DNA from: an uncultured Clostridia bacterium
GTDB lineage: Bacteria > Bacillota > Clostridia > Christensenellales > Aristaeellaceae
DNA length: 26,722 nucleotides
Reading direction: 5' to 3'
NCBI GenBank assembly: GCA_937907055.1
Contig: CALCTW010000121.1
Location: 1 to 26,722, forward strand
Shown: positions 1 to 8,789 of the stretch, piece after piece
Numbering within the stretch: position 1 is the first letter of the stretch
How the letters are laid out: the number at the start of each line of letters is the position of its first letter
Translations under genes and position numbers: made by a program
The notes under the pieces: generated by a model
What the model saw: the letters and a program-made list of their open reading frames with translations, nothing else
Told to the model about the DNA's origin: nothing
The model's database searches: none

Positions 1-598
1 TGCCCTCGCCGTAGCCGATGACGGGCATATCATAGGGAACGGCCAGCAGAGCACCGTCCGTCATGGGGACAGTGACGGCCAGATCCAGACGGCGGATGGA
101 CCAGGGATCGCCCCAGTGCGTCCAGTCATCCGGCTCCTCACGCTGACGATCATCCACGATGAGCTGCTTGAACAGGCCGTAGCGATAGCGCAGACCATAG
201 CCCATGAGGGGGATGGCGTGGGTGGCGGCGCTGTCCAGGAAGCAGGCAGCCAGACGGCCCAGACCGCCGTTGCCAAGAGAGGCGTCCTCAACATCCTCCA
301 TGAGGCACAGATCCACACCCTTTTCGAGGAAGACCTTCTTGGTCTCCTCCAGAATGCCAAGGGAATAAAGGTTGTTGTAGACCATGCGGCCGATGAGGAA
401 CTCCGCGCTCATGTAGATGGCGCAGCGCTCCTGCTGCTGCTTTTCCTGATCGGCAATCCAACGGGGCGTGATCTCCTCCATCACGGCATGGGAAAGAGCG
501 TCATGCAGCTGATAGGCGGATGCCTTCTGCAGGGGCAGGTGCCAGCGGGTGAGGCACAGGGTTTCAGCACGGTTATATAACTTCTGAGGTTCGATCAT
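1..598 (-). CDS. glgP: alpha-glucan (glycogen/maltodextrin) phosphorylase, GT35 family, N-terminal part; runs off the left edge of the window
   Basis: Absent from the ORF track because it is open at the window edge. My own minus-strand translation from ATG 598..596 gives MIEPQKLYNRAETLCLTRWHL...MEDVEDASLGNGGLGRLAACFLDSAATHAIPLMGYGLRYRYGLFKQ. The EDASLGNGGLGRLAACFLDS block is the hallmark N-terminal phosphorylase motif. The start ATG overlaps the malQ TGA (ATGA). Confidence 0.9.
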   Translation of the reverse strand, partial: MIEPQKLYNRAETLCLTRWHLPLQKASAYQLHDALSHAVMEEITPRWIADQEKQQQERCAIYMSAEFLIGRMVYNNLYSLGILEETKKVFLEKGVDLCLMEDVEDASLGNGGLGRLAACFLDSAATHAIPLMGYGLRYRYGLFKQLIVDDRQREEPDDWTHWGDPWSIRRLDLAVTVPMTDGALLAVPYDMPVIGYGEG

Positions 599-2064
599 GC
601 TCGTTCACATCCTTCCAGTAAAGTGCGCAGCTCGGGCGCGTTTTCTTCCAGCGCGGTCATCTGTTCAGCGGTCATACGCCACTGCCAGTTGCCGCCGAGA
701 ATACCGGGGTAATTCATACGGGCTTCGGTGCCCAAATCCAGCAGATCCTGCGCGGGGACCATGGCAAGATCCGGCTTGGAGGCCATGGCTGTGCGGATGA
801 ACATGGAGACGGCTTCTTCGTCTTCAAACTCACCCATCACGGCGTGCGCGGCTTCTTTTTCTTCCTCTGTGGCTTTTGTCCAGAAGCCGCGGGTGGTGTC
901 GTTATCGTGCGTGCCGGTGTAAACAACGGCATTCTCGGTGTAATAAGCCGGGAGATGCTGATTGGTATCGCCGCCGGAGAAGGCGAACTGCAGCACCTTC
1001 ATGCCGGGGAAGCCGCACCAATCCAGCAGTTCACGCACACGGGGGCCGACCTCGCCCAGATCCTCCGCGATGATATCGAGCTGAGGCAGACGGGCGCGGA
1101 CCTGACGGAAGAGGCTCTTGCCCGGGGAGCGGACCCACTTGCCCTTGCGGGCGTTGGGCGCGCCGAAGGGAATGGAATAATAATTGGCAAAGCCGATGAA
1201 ATGATCGATGCGGAGCAGATCATAGCGCGCGGCCGCGCCCTGAAGACGCTCGATCCACCAATCGAACTTGGTGGACTGCATGTGCTGCCAGTTGTAAAGG
1301 GGATTGCCCCAGAGCTGGCCGTCGGCAGAGAAATAATCCGGCGGAACGCCCGCGACGCGAAGCGGATGCTCATCCTCATCGAACTGGAAGCATTCCGGAT
1401 GCGTCCAGGCATCGGCGCTGTCCTCCGCCACATAGATGGGGATATCGCCGAACAAGCTGATGCCGTGGCTGTTGGCATACTCACGGAGGGCGCGCCACTG
1501 CATATCGAACAGATACTGCAGGAAGCACTGATAGTCGATCTCATCCTTCAGGCGCTGGGTGTAGGCGCGCACCGCGCTCTTCTTGCGAAGGCGGATGTTA
1601 TCCGGCCAGGTCATCCAGGAACGAAGTTCAAACTCCGTCTTGAGGGCAGCGTACAGGGCATAATCCTGCAGCCAGGGGGTGCGCCTGACATGATCCTTGA
1701 CCTGACGGGAGACCTTTTCAAAGCCGTAGGCGAAGGCCGCGCGGAGCGCCTTGTCCTTGGCGGCCTTGACAGGCTCAAAATCACAGACCGAGGAGGACGG
1801 AAGAACGGGAATGTCCTTCGCATCCATGAGGCCCTGATCCACAAGCGTGGGGAGATCGATGAGCATGGGGTTGCCGGCGAAGGTGGAGCCGCTCTGATAC
1901 GGGGACTCACCATAGCCGACAGGACCGATGGGCAGCACCTGCCACACCTTCATGCCCGCGGAAACAAGATAATCCACAAAACGATAGGCTTCCTTACCGA
2001 GGGTGCCAATGCCGCCTTCGGACGGAAGAGACGTAATGTGGCACAAAACGCCGCTTCTGCGCAT
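595..2064 (-). CDS. malQ: 4-alpha-glucanotransferase (amylomaltase, GH77)
   Basis: ORF 595..2142 trimmed to ATG 2064, preceded by GGAAAGGA. The N-terminus MRRSGVLCHITSLPSEGGIGTLGKEAYRFVDYLVSAGMKVWQVLPIGPVGYGESPYQS is the canonical GH77 start. Internal RIDHFIGF and TGTHDNDT blocks are present. Stop is TGA 595..597. Confidence 0.93.
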   Translation of the reverse strand: MRRSGVLCHITSLPSEGGIGTLGKEAYRFVDYLVSAGMKVWQVLPIGPVGYGESPYQSGSTFAGNPMLIDLPTLVDQGLMDAKDIPVLPSSSVCDFEPVKAAKDKALRAAFAYGFEKVSRQVKDHVRRTPWLQDYALYAALKTEFELRSWMTWPDNIRLRKKSAVRAYTQRLKDEIDYQCFLQYLFDMQWRALREYANSHGISLFGDIPIYVAEDSADAWTHPECFQFDEDEHPLRVAGVPPDYFSADGQLWGNPLYNWQHMQSTKFDWWIERLQGAAARYDLLRIDHFIGFANYYSIPFGAPNARKGKWVRSPGKSLFRQVRARLPQLDIIAEDLGEVGPRVRELLDWCGFPGMKVLQFAFSGGDTNQHLPAYYTENAVVYTGTHDNDTTRGFWTKATEEEKEAAHAVMGEFEDEEAVSMFIRTAMASKPDLAMVPAQDLLDLGTEARMNYPGILGGNWQWRMTAEQMTALEENAPELRTLLEGCERA

Positions 2065-2130
2065 CAAAAACCATCCTTTCCGGCGCATCGCGGTAAAAAG
2101 ACCGCGAAAGCGCATACAGATACAAAGTGT

Positions 2131-2159
2131 AGTATAGCACAAAACACATTTTCACGCAA
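2131..2159 (-). promoter_or_regulatory. sigma-70-type promoter for malQ-glgP (TTGCGT-17-TATACT with upstream TGn)
   Basis: Minus strand reads TTGCGT (2159..2154), a 17-nt spacer, then TATACT (2136..2131) preceded by TGC. It lies about 65 nt upstream of the malQ ATG. The leader contains a CGCGGT/ACCGCG hairpin. Confidence 0.55.
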
Positions 2160-2226
2160 TGAAAAACGGCGATGGGAAAGCACGGACGGAACGCGCCAAA
2201 ACAAGCGCGAAAAACCCCTGCAGCCC

Positions 2227-2255
2227 TTGAAGAAAAAGGGGGTTCGTGGTAGAAT
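2227..2255 (+). promoter_or_regulatory. sigma-70-type promoter (TTGAAG-17-TAGAAT, extended -10 TGg) for the methyltransferase/rluA pair
   Basis: TTGAAG is at 2227..2232, with an exact 17-nt spacer, TG at 2247..2248 and TAGAAT at 2250..2255. This placement puts the track's ATG 2269 at about the transcription start and favours ATG 2311 as the start codon. Confidence 0.55.
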
Positions 2256-2310
2256 AGGGTGAAAATTTATGCAGCGGAGGACACGCGGGCGACCGCGGGC
2301 ATTGAGACGC

Positions 2311-3174
2311 ATGTTTTTGACGAATGACTGGCAGGATTTTGAGGTGCTGGACACCGGGGACGGCGAAAAGCTGGAGCGCTGGGGAGATTATATTCTGGCC
2401 CGGCCCGATCCGCAGGTGATATGGCCCAAGAAGGATCCCAAACTGTGGCAGCAGGCGCACGCGCACTACACGCGCAGCGAGCGCGGCGGCGGCAGCTGGG
2501 AGATGAAACGGGCGCTGCCCGAAAAATGGACGATCGGCTACAAGGAACTGAAATTCTATGTGCGGCCGACCGGATTCAAGCACACGGGGCTGTTTCCCGA
2601 ACAGGCCGCGAACTGGGATACCATGGCGGCCCTGATCCGCAAGCGCGGCAGCGCGAAGGTGCTGAACCTGTTTGCCTATACCGGCGGCGCGACTGTGGCC
2701 TGCGCCGCGGCCGGCGCGCATGTGACCCATGTGGACGCCGCGAAGGGCATGGTGCAGTGGGCCAAGGAGAACAGACAGCTGACCGGATGCGCCGAAACGA
2801 ACTGCCGGTTCATCGTATAGGACGCGATCGCCTTTGTGAAAAGAGAGATCCGCCGCGGAAACACCTATGACGGCATTGTGATGGACCCGCCCAGCTACGG
2901 GCGCGGCCCGACCGGCGAGGTGTGGAAGCTGGAAAACGAGCTGTACGGGCTGGTGAGCACCTGTGCCGAGGTGCTGAGCGAGGATCCGCTTTTCTTCTTC
3001 ATTAACAGCTATACCACCGGATTTCAGCCTGCTGTGCTGAGCAACCTGCTGGAGAGATGCGTGCAGAGCAAGTTCGGCGGCGTGATCGACAGCGAGGAGC
3101 TGGTGCTGCCTGTGCGCAGCGGCGGCGTGCTGCCCTGCGGCGCGACCGGACGGTGGATCAATAACAATAAATAA
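2311..3174 (+). pseudogene. class I SAM-dependent (rRNA) methyltransferase, PF10672/RlmI-YwbD-like, interrupted by a single in-frame TAG at 2818..2820
   Basis: Track ORFs 2269..2820 and 2836..3174 are in the same frame (positions are 1 mod 3). Read through, the sequence is MFLTNDWQDFEVLDTGDGEKLERWG...LNLFAYTGGATVACAAAGAHVTHVDAAKGMVQWAKEN...[43 protein letters not shown]...INSYTTG. It therefore has the SAM-binding FAYTGG motif before the stop and the catalytic DPPSYGRG motif after it. Confidence 0.8.
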
Positions 3175-3187
3175 GGGAGGGCGCAAG

Positions 3188-3919
3188 ATGGAAACGCCTG
3201 TTGTACTTTTTGAAGATAATCATGTGATCGTGGCGATCAAGCCCTGCAATATGCTGACCCAAAGCGACGCGACCTCCGACAGTGATCTGCTGGGCTGGCT
3301 GAAGCAGTATGTGAAGGAAAAATACGAGAAGCCCGGCGAGGTGTATCTGGGCCTTGTGCACCGCATGGACCGCCCTGTGGGCGGACTGCTGGTATTCGCG
3401 AGGACCAGCAAGGCGGCGAGCCGCCTGAGCGAGCAGGTGCGCGTGCATGAACTGAACCGTCAGTATGTGTGCGTGGTGGAGGGTGAGACCCCCGACCGCT
3501 TTACGCTGAAGGATTACCTGCTGAAGGATGAAAAGACCAATATGGTGCGCGTGATCCCGGACTACCTGAAGGCGCAGGGCAAGGAGGCCGTGCTGCACGG
3601 ACGCACGATCGCCCGCAGGGGCGGCCTGAGCCTTGTGGCCATCCAGCTGGAGACCGGCCGTGCCCATCAGATCCGCGTGCAGATGCAGCATGCCGGTCAT
3701 CCCCTGTGGGGCGATAACCGCTACGGCAACGGCAAGAAGGGCGAGCAGATCGCTCTGTGGGGCATGCGGCTGAGCTTCACCCACCCCACGACCAAGGAAC
3801 AGATGCTGTTTGTGGCGCCTGTGCCCGAAACCAAGCCCTGGCTGCAGTTTGAAAAGGAACTGAAGGGTCTGGAAAATGTGTGGCCCCAGATCAAGCCTGT
3901 GGTGACGGTGACCGAATAA
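3188..3919 (+). CDS. RluA-family pseudouridine synthase (no S4 domain)
   Basis: Contains the HRMDRPVGGLLVFARTSKAASRLS catalytic-Asp motif (HRLD-type) and the later GRAHQIRVQMQHAGHPLWGDNRYG block. RBS GGGAGGG lies 6 nt before the ATG. Stop is TAA. Confidence 0.88.
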   Translation: METPVVLFEDNHVIVAIKPCNMLTQSDATSDSDLLGWLKQYVKEKYEKPGEVYLGLVHRMDRPVGGLLVFARTSKAASRLSEQVRVHELNRQYVCVVEGETPDRFTLKDYLLKDEKTNMVRVIPDYLKAQGKEAVLHGRTIARRGGLSLVAIQLETGRAHQIRVQMQHAGHPLWGDNRYGNGKKGEQIALWGMRLSFTHPTTKEQMLFVAPVPETKPWLQFEKELKGLENVWPQIKPVVTVTE

Positions 3920-3953
3920 GGAGACACCGTTTCACGGCAGGATGACGCGATGA

Positions 3954-5207
<1,254 letters not shown>

Positions 5208-5223
5208 TAAGGAGGCCGCGTAT

Positions 5224-6036
5224 ATGATCAAGATCGGCTGCAGAGCCCATGACTTTGACTATCATGACCCGGAAAGCCTGCTGGGCGCGGTGAAGAAGGC
5301 CGGCTATGAAGCCGTGCAGCTGGCCTGCCCCAAGAGCTTCGGCTGGGCCTATCCGCTGGACGAAGCGCAGGCAGAGGCGATCAACCTGGCGAGCGAAAAG
5401 CACGGCGTTGAGATCACCGTGCTGGGCTGCTATGTGGATATGGCGGTGCGCGATAAGGAAAAGCGCGAGGAAGCCATCAAAAAGTACATCAACGGCCTGA
5501 AGACCGGCAAGGCCCTGAACGTGCGCTGCGTGGGCACCGAGACCGTGAACTTCCACGGCCCGATGGCGGAGCGAAGAGAGATGTTTGATATTCTTGTGGA
5601 CGCGGTGAAGCGCGCCGCCGAAGAAGCCGAAAAGCTGGGCGTGAATATGGGCATCGAGCCGGTATTTGACCACACCCTGTGGACCCCGGAAATGGCGCTG
5701 GAACTGAAGGAAAAGGTGGGCAGCGACCGGATCAAGTGGATCTGGGACGCGATCAACCTGCTGGACCCGAACGACCCCGAAGAAAACGCGGTGAAGCAGA
5801 AGAAGACCGCGGAGCTGCTGGGCAAAGACATCGTGGCCATGCACATCAAGGACGCGCGGTATAAGGACACGAAGGTAAAGAACGAGTGCCCGCTCTTTGA
5901 AGGCGAGTATGACTGGCGATTCCCCTTCGAATGGGCCGCGCGGCAGAAGGACATGGTGCTGCTGCGTGAACAGGCCATTGAGGACAGGAGCGCGGCGGAG
6001 ATCGCCGGAATGAAAAAGCTGCTGGGGATGGACTGA
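5224..6036 (+). CDS. sugar phosphate isomerase/epimerase (xylose-isomerase-like TIM barrel) family protein
   Basis: 270 aa, with RBS AAGGAGG 8 nt upstream. The pattern is typical of AP-endonuclease-2/xylose-isomerase-like TIM barrels: IGCRAHDF..., VEITVLGCY, LGVNMGIEP, AMHIKD. Specific substrate is not inferable. Confidence 0.7.
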   Translation: MIKIGCRAHDFDYHDPESLLGAVKKAGYEAVQLACPKSFGWAYPLDEAQAEAINLASEKHGVEITVLGCYVDMAVRDKEKREEAIKKYINGLKTGKALNVRCVGTETVNFHGPMAERREMFDILVDAVKRAAEEAEKLGVNMGIEPVFDHTLWTPEMALELKEKVGSDRIKWIWDAINLLDPNDPEENAVKQKKTAELLGKDIVAMHIKDARYKDTKVKNECPLFEGEYDWRFPFEWAARQKDMVLLREQAIEDRSAAEIAGMKKLLGMD

Positions 6037-6071
6037 CAAAGCCCACGGCTGAAATAAAAAGTGAAAACAAA

Positions 6072-6120
6072 AAACGCGCGGAAGCGAGACACAAAATGTG
6101 TGAAGCCTCTGCGCGTTTTG
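6072..6120. terminator. bidirectional hairpin between convergent genes
   Basis: AAAAACGCGC (6071..6079) pairs with GCGCGTTTT (6111..6119), with an inner CACAAAATGTG hairpin. A-run on the left and T-run on the right. It lies between the isomerase (+) and nrdR (-). Confidence 0.45.
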
Positions 6121-6197
6121 ATGTGCAAAGAATAAGCGGAATGACTGACCGGCAGGTGTTTGATACGGATATGAACAGATGAGGGACGAAACGGGGA

Positions 6198-6659
6198 TCA
6201 GTCCTTGCCCTCGCTGATGAGACGGTTGATCTCGTTCATGAAGGTGGGGATATCGGTGAACTGACGGTAGACGGAGGCGAAACGGATGTAGGCGACCTCA
6301 TCGATACGGCGCAGTTCCTCCATGATCATTTCGCCGATCTGGCGCGTGGTGATCTCGTTCTGGAGAGAATTGTAGGCGACCTGCTCGATGGAGGAGACGA
6401 TATGATCGATATCCGCGGCGGAGACGGGACGCTTGTGGCAGGCGGCGATGATGCCGGAGCGGACCTTCTTGGCATCGAACAGCTCACGGGAATGATCCTT
6501 CTTGATGACCAGAAGCGCGGGGGCCTCGATCTTCTCATAAGTAGTGAAACGGCGGCCGCACTGGATGCATTCACGGCGGCGACGGATGGAATTACCGTCA
6601 TCGGTGGGACGGGAATCAACAACGCGGCTGTCCGCGCAATTACAGAACTGGCACTTCAT
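6198..6659 (-). CDS. nrdR: transcriptional repressor NrdR (zinc ribbon + ATP-cone)
   Basis: MKCQFCNCADSRVVDSRPTDDGNSIRRRRECIQCGRRFTTYEKIE... is the canonical NrdR N-terminus, followed by an ATP-cone region. RBS is AAGGAG. Confidence 0.96.
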   Translation of the reverse strand: MKCQFCNCADSRVVDSRPTDDGNSIRRRRECIQCGRRFTTYEKIEAPALLVIKKDHSRELFDAKKVRSGIIAACHKRPVSAADIDHIVSSIEQVAYNSLQNEITTRQIGEMIMEELRRIDEVAYIRFASVYRQFTDIPTFMNEINRLISEGKD

Positions 6660-6695
6660 TACGGTCGCTCCTTACAATGATCTGAAATTAATAAA

Positions 6696-6724
6696 ATTGT
6701 AACATATATGAAATAATTTTGCAA
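6696..6724 (-). promoter_or_regulatory. sigma-70-type promoter for nrdR (TTGCAA-17-TACAAT)
   Basis: Minus strand reads TTGCAA (6724..6719), an exact 17-nt spacer, then TACAAT (6701..6696), about 37 nt upstream of the ATG. Confidence 0.65.
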
Positions 6725-6912
6725 GAAGCGGAGGAAAGAAATTTTGCCCGAATACGGAAAAAAGGAGGACCGGAGGCGCGCGGAGGGACAGCGGGACACC
6801 TGAAAAAAGAACAGCGGAAGCAAGGAGCGGGGAACGGCAAAGCAGGATGTAAAAAGAAGCGAAAAGCCTTATAAAATAAGGAAAAGTAAAGGCGGAAGCC
6901 CCCGGCGGACGG

Positions 6913-6941
6913 TTGCAATCACGGGAGCGATATGGTATGAT
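6913..6941 (+). promoter_or_regulatory. sigma-70-type promoter for the LRR/glycosidase/Lgt-like/GNAT operon (TTGCAA-17-TATGAT, extended -10 TGg)
   Basis: TTGCAA is at 6913..6918, with a 17-nt spacer, TG at 6933..6934 and TATGAT at 6936..6941. The implied transcription start (about 6948) argues against the track's GTG 6948 as the start codon. Confidence 0.6.
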
Positions 6942-6998
6942 GTAGTTGTGAATTTATGCGCCTTTACAGCCGGAGGAGGAGAACAGGAATTGAAACGG

Positions 6999-7874
6999 AT
7001 GGCATGGATGACCGGTGTGATGCTGCTGATGCTGTTTGGACTGATCTGCAGCTGCGCCGCCGGGGCAGAGACCGTGACCTTCAAAGCCTATGACGGCACA
7101 CTGACCGTGGAACAGGACTGTGAGGAGATCGACCTGAAACGGATCCGCGTGGAGGATTTTGACGCCTTCTGCGATTTTCTGGACAAGCTGCCGAACCTGA
7201 AGACGGTGAAGATGTACGAAACGCACATGCGCAAGAAAAACGTGGCGCGGCTGTGCGAGACTTACCCTGAGATCAACTTCGGGATGACGATCTGGTTTGG
7301 GGATCACACGGTGACGACCGATCAGACAGCCTTCTCCACATTGCACGACGGCGTGAAGGAAAGGCACAGCAGCAGCGACTTTGAGGTGCTGAAATACTGC
7401 AAGAACATGCAGGCGCTGGATCTGGGGCATAACCGGATCGACGACCTGAGCTGGCTGAAGGAAATGCCGCAGCTGAAGATCCTGATCCTGGCGGACAACG
7501 AGATCACCGATATCTCCGCCCTGAGCGAGCTGAAAGCGCTGGAATACCTGGAGATCTTCTCCAACAAGATCACGGATTTTACACCCCTGCTGGGCTGCGA
7601 AAGCCTGAAGGACCTGAACATCTGCTATAACCGCTGCCATGACCTGACCCCGCTTTATGAAATGAAGCAGCTGGAAAGGCTGTGGTATTACAACTATGAC
7701 CGGAGTTTCAAGGACCCCGGAAGGGATGTGACGGAGCCGCTGCAGGCAGCGCTGCCGGACACGCTGACAAACTCCACCGCGATCTGCACGGAGGGCGGCT
7801 GGCGCAGTCATCCGCACTATGACACGCTGTTTATGATCTTCCAGACCAATACCTATACCCCCTTTGAGGAATAA
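6999..7874 (+). CDS. secreted leucine-rich-repeat (internalin-like LRR) protein
   Basis: The signal-peptide-like start is MAWMTGVMLLMLFGLICSCAAG. An alternative start is TTG 6990, which sits 8 nt after GGAGGAGGAG. About 22-aa LRR units are visible: LDLGHNRIDDLSWLKEMPQLKILILADNEITDISALSELKALEYLEIFSNKITDFTPLLGCESLKDLNICYNRCHDLTPL. Confidence 0.8.
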   Translation: MAWMTGVMLLMLFGLICSCAAGAETVTFKAYDGTLTVEQDCEEIDLKRIRVEDFDAFCDFLDKLPNLKTVKMYETHMRKKNVARLCETYPEINFGMTIWFGDHTVTTDQTAFSTLHDGVKERHSSSDFEVLKYCKNMQALDLGHNRIDDLSWLKEMPQLKILILADNEITDISALSELKALEYLEIFSNKITDFTPLLGCESLKDLNICYNRCHDLTPLYEMKQLERLWYYNYDRSFKDPGRDVTEPLQAALPDTLTNSTAICTEGGWRSHPHYDTLFMIFQTNTYTPFEE

Positions 7875-7916
7875 AAGCCGATCCCCCATCAAAGACATTA
7901 AAGGAGACGACCCCCG

Positions 7917-8774
7917 ATGAAAAAGATGCTTTGCCTGCTGCTGGTCCTGATGACGCTGATCCCCTGCGTGTGCATCGCGGAGGAGGAAAGCGATCCCTGG
8001 GCGCTGCCGATGGACTTTACCTTCCCCAACTATCAGCCGGATCCCAACGGATTTACGGACATGAGCTACCATGACGACACGCTGGACATTACCGTGGAAA
8101 TGACCAGCTGGCAGGGAACGAAGTTCTACATCGCGCGCGTGAAGGTGGCCAGCCCCACCCAGCTGCGCACCGCCATTGCCGGTAAGCCCAACGTATCCAG
8201 CAAGGAGCTGCCCAGCATCATGGGCCGCAAGATGAACGCTGTGCTGACCATCAACGGTGAATATTACACCCAGCGCACGCAGGACATTTTCATTTACCGT
8301 CAGGGCTTCATGTTCCGCAACGACCCCGACAGGGTGAAGGACGTGCTGATCATTGACAGCAAGGGCGATTTCCACATCTTCACCTCCGAAAACAAGAAGC
8401 AGGAGATCCAGGAATTCCTGGATGCCGGCAACGTGGTATATCAGGCCTTCTCCTTCGGCCCCGCGCTGATCGCGAACGGCGAAAAGGTGAAGTACCGCAA
8501 GGAATACTACTTCTACCCCGAAGACCGCACCTGGCGTACCTTCATCGCGCAGGACGGCCCGCTGAGCTATGTGTGCGTGATCAGCGAAGGCAGCACACAC
8601 CGCGAGCTGGCGGACTTTGCCGAGACGCTGAACCTGCAGGCAGCCTACAACCTGGACGGCGGCCAGAGCAGCGTGATGATCTTCAACAACAAGTATGTGG
8701 GCAACCGCAAAAAGGATACCGAGCGCGAGCAGAGCGATATCATCTACTTTGTGACCGCGATCCCGAATGAATAA
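7917..8774 (+). CDS. phosphodiester glycosidase family protein (DUF2233 / NAGPA-like), secreted
   Basis: N-terminal signal is MKKMLCLLLVLMTLIPCVCIA. The C-terminal block RTFIAQDGPLSYVCVISEG...FAETLNLQAAYNLDGGQSSVMIF is the family's NLDGGGS-type signature. RBS is AAGGAG. Confidence 0.75.
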   Translation: MKKMLCLLLVLMTLIPCVCIAEEESDPWALPMDFTFPNYQPDPNGFTDMSYHDDTLDITVEMTSWQGTKFYIARVKVASPTQLRTAIAGKPNVSSKELPSIMGRKMNAVLTINGEYYTQRTQDIFIYRQGFMFRNDPDRVKDVLIIDSKGDFHIFTSENKKQEIQEFLDAGNVVYQAFSFGPALIANGEKVKYRKEYYFYPEDRTWRTFIAQDGPLSYVCVISEGSTHRELADFAETLNLQAAYNLDGGQSSVMIFNNKYVGNRKKDTEREQSDIIYFVTAIPNE

Positions 8775-8789
8775 ACCCGGAGCGAGAAC

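Noticed and set aside
2818-2820. Reading the in-frame TAG as pyrrolysine.
   Set aside because: Pyrrolysine is known in methylamine methyltransferases (MtmB/MtbB/MttB), not in PF10672-type RNA methyltransferases. As I recall, homologs have Asp/Glu at this position. No pyl genes are in the window. The idea is kept only as part of the generic recoding-versus-pseudogene question.
6696-6724. A possible NrdR box in the nrdR promoter spacer (CATATATG), and the ACACATATGTGT palindrome at 21999..22010 as an NrdR box.
   Set aside because: NrdR boxes are about 16-bp palindromes (acaCwAtATaTwGtgt), usually in pairs upstream of nrd genes. These elements are 8 and 12 bp, single, and not next to ribonucleotide reductase genes.
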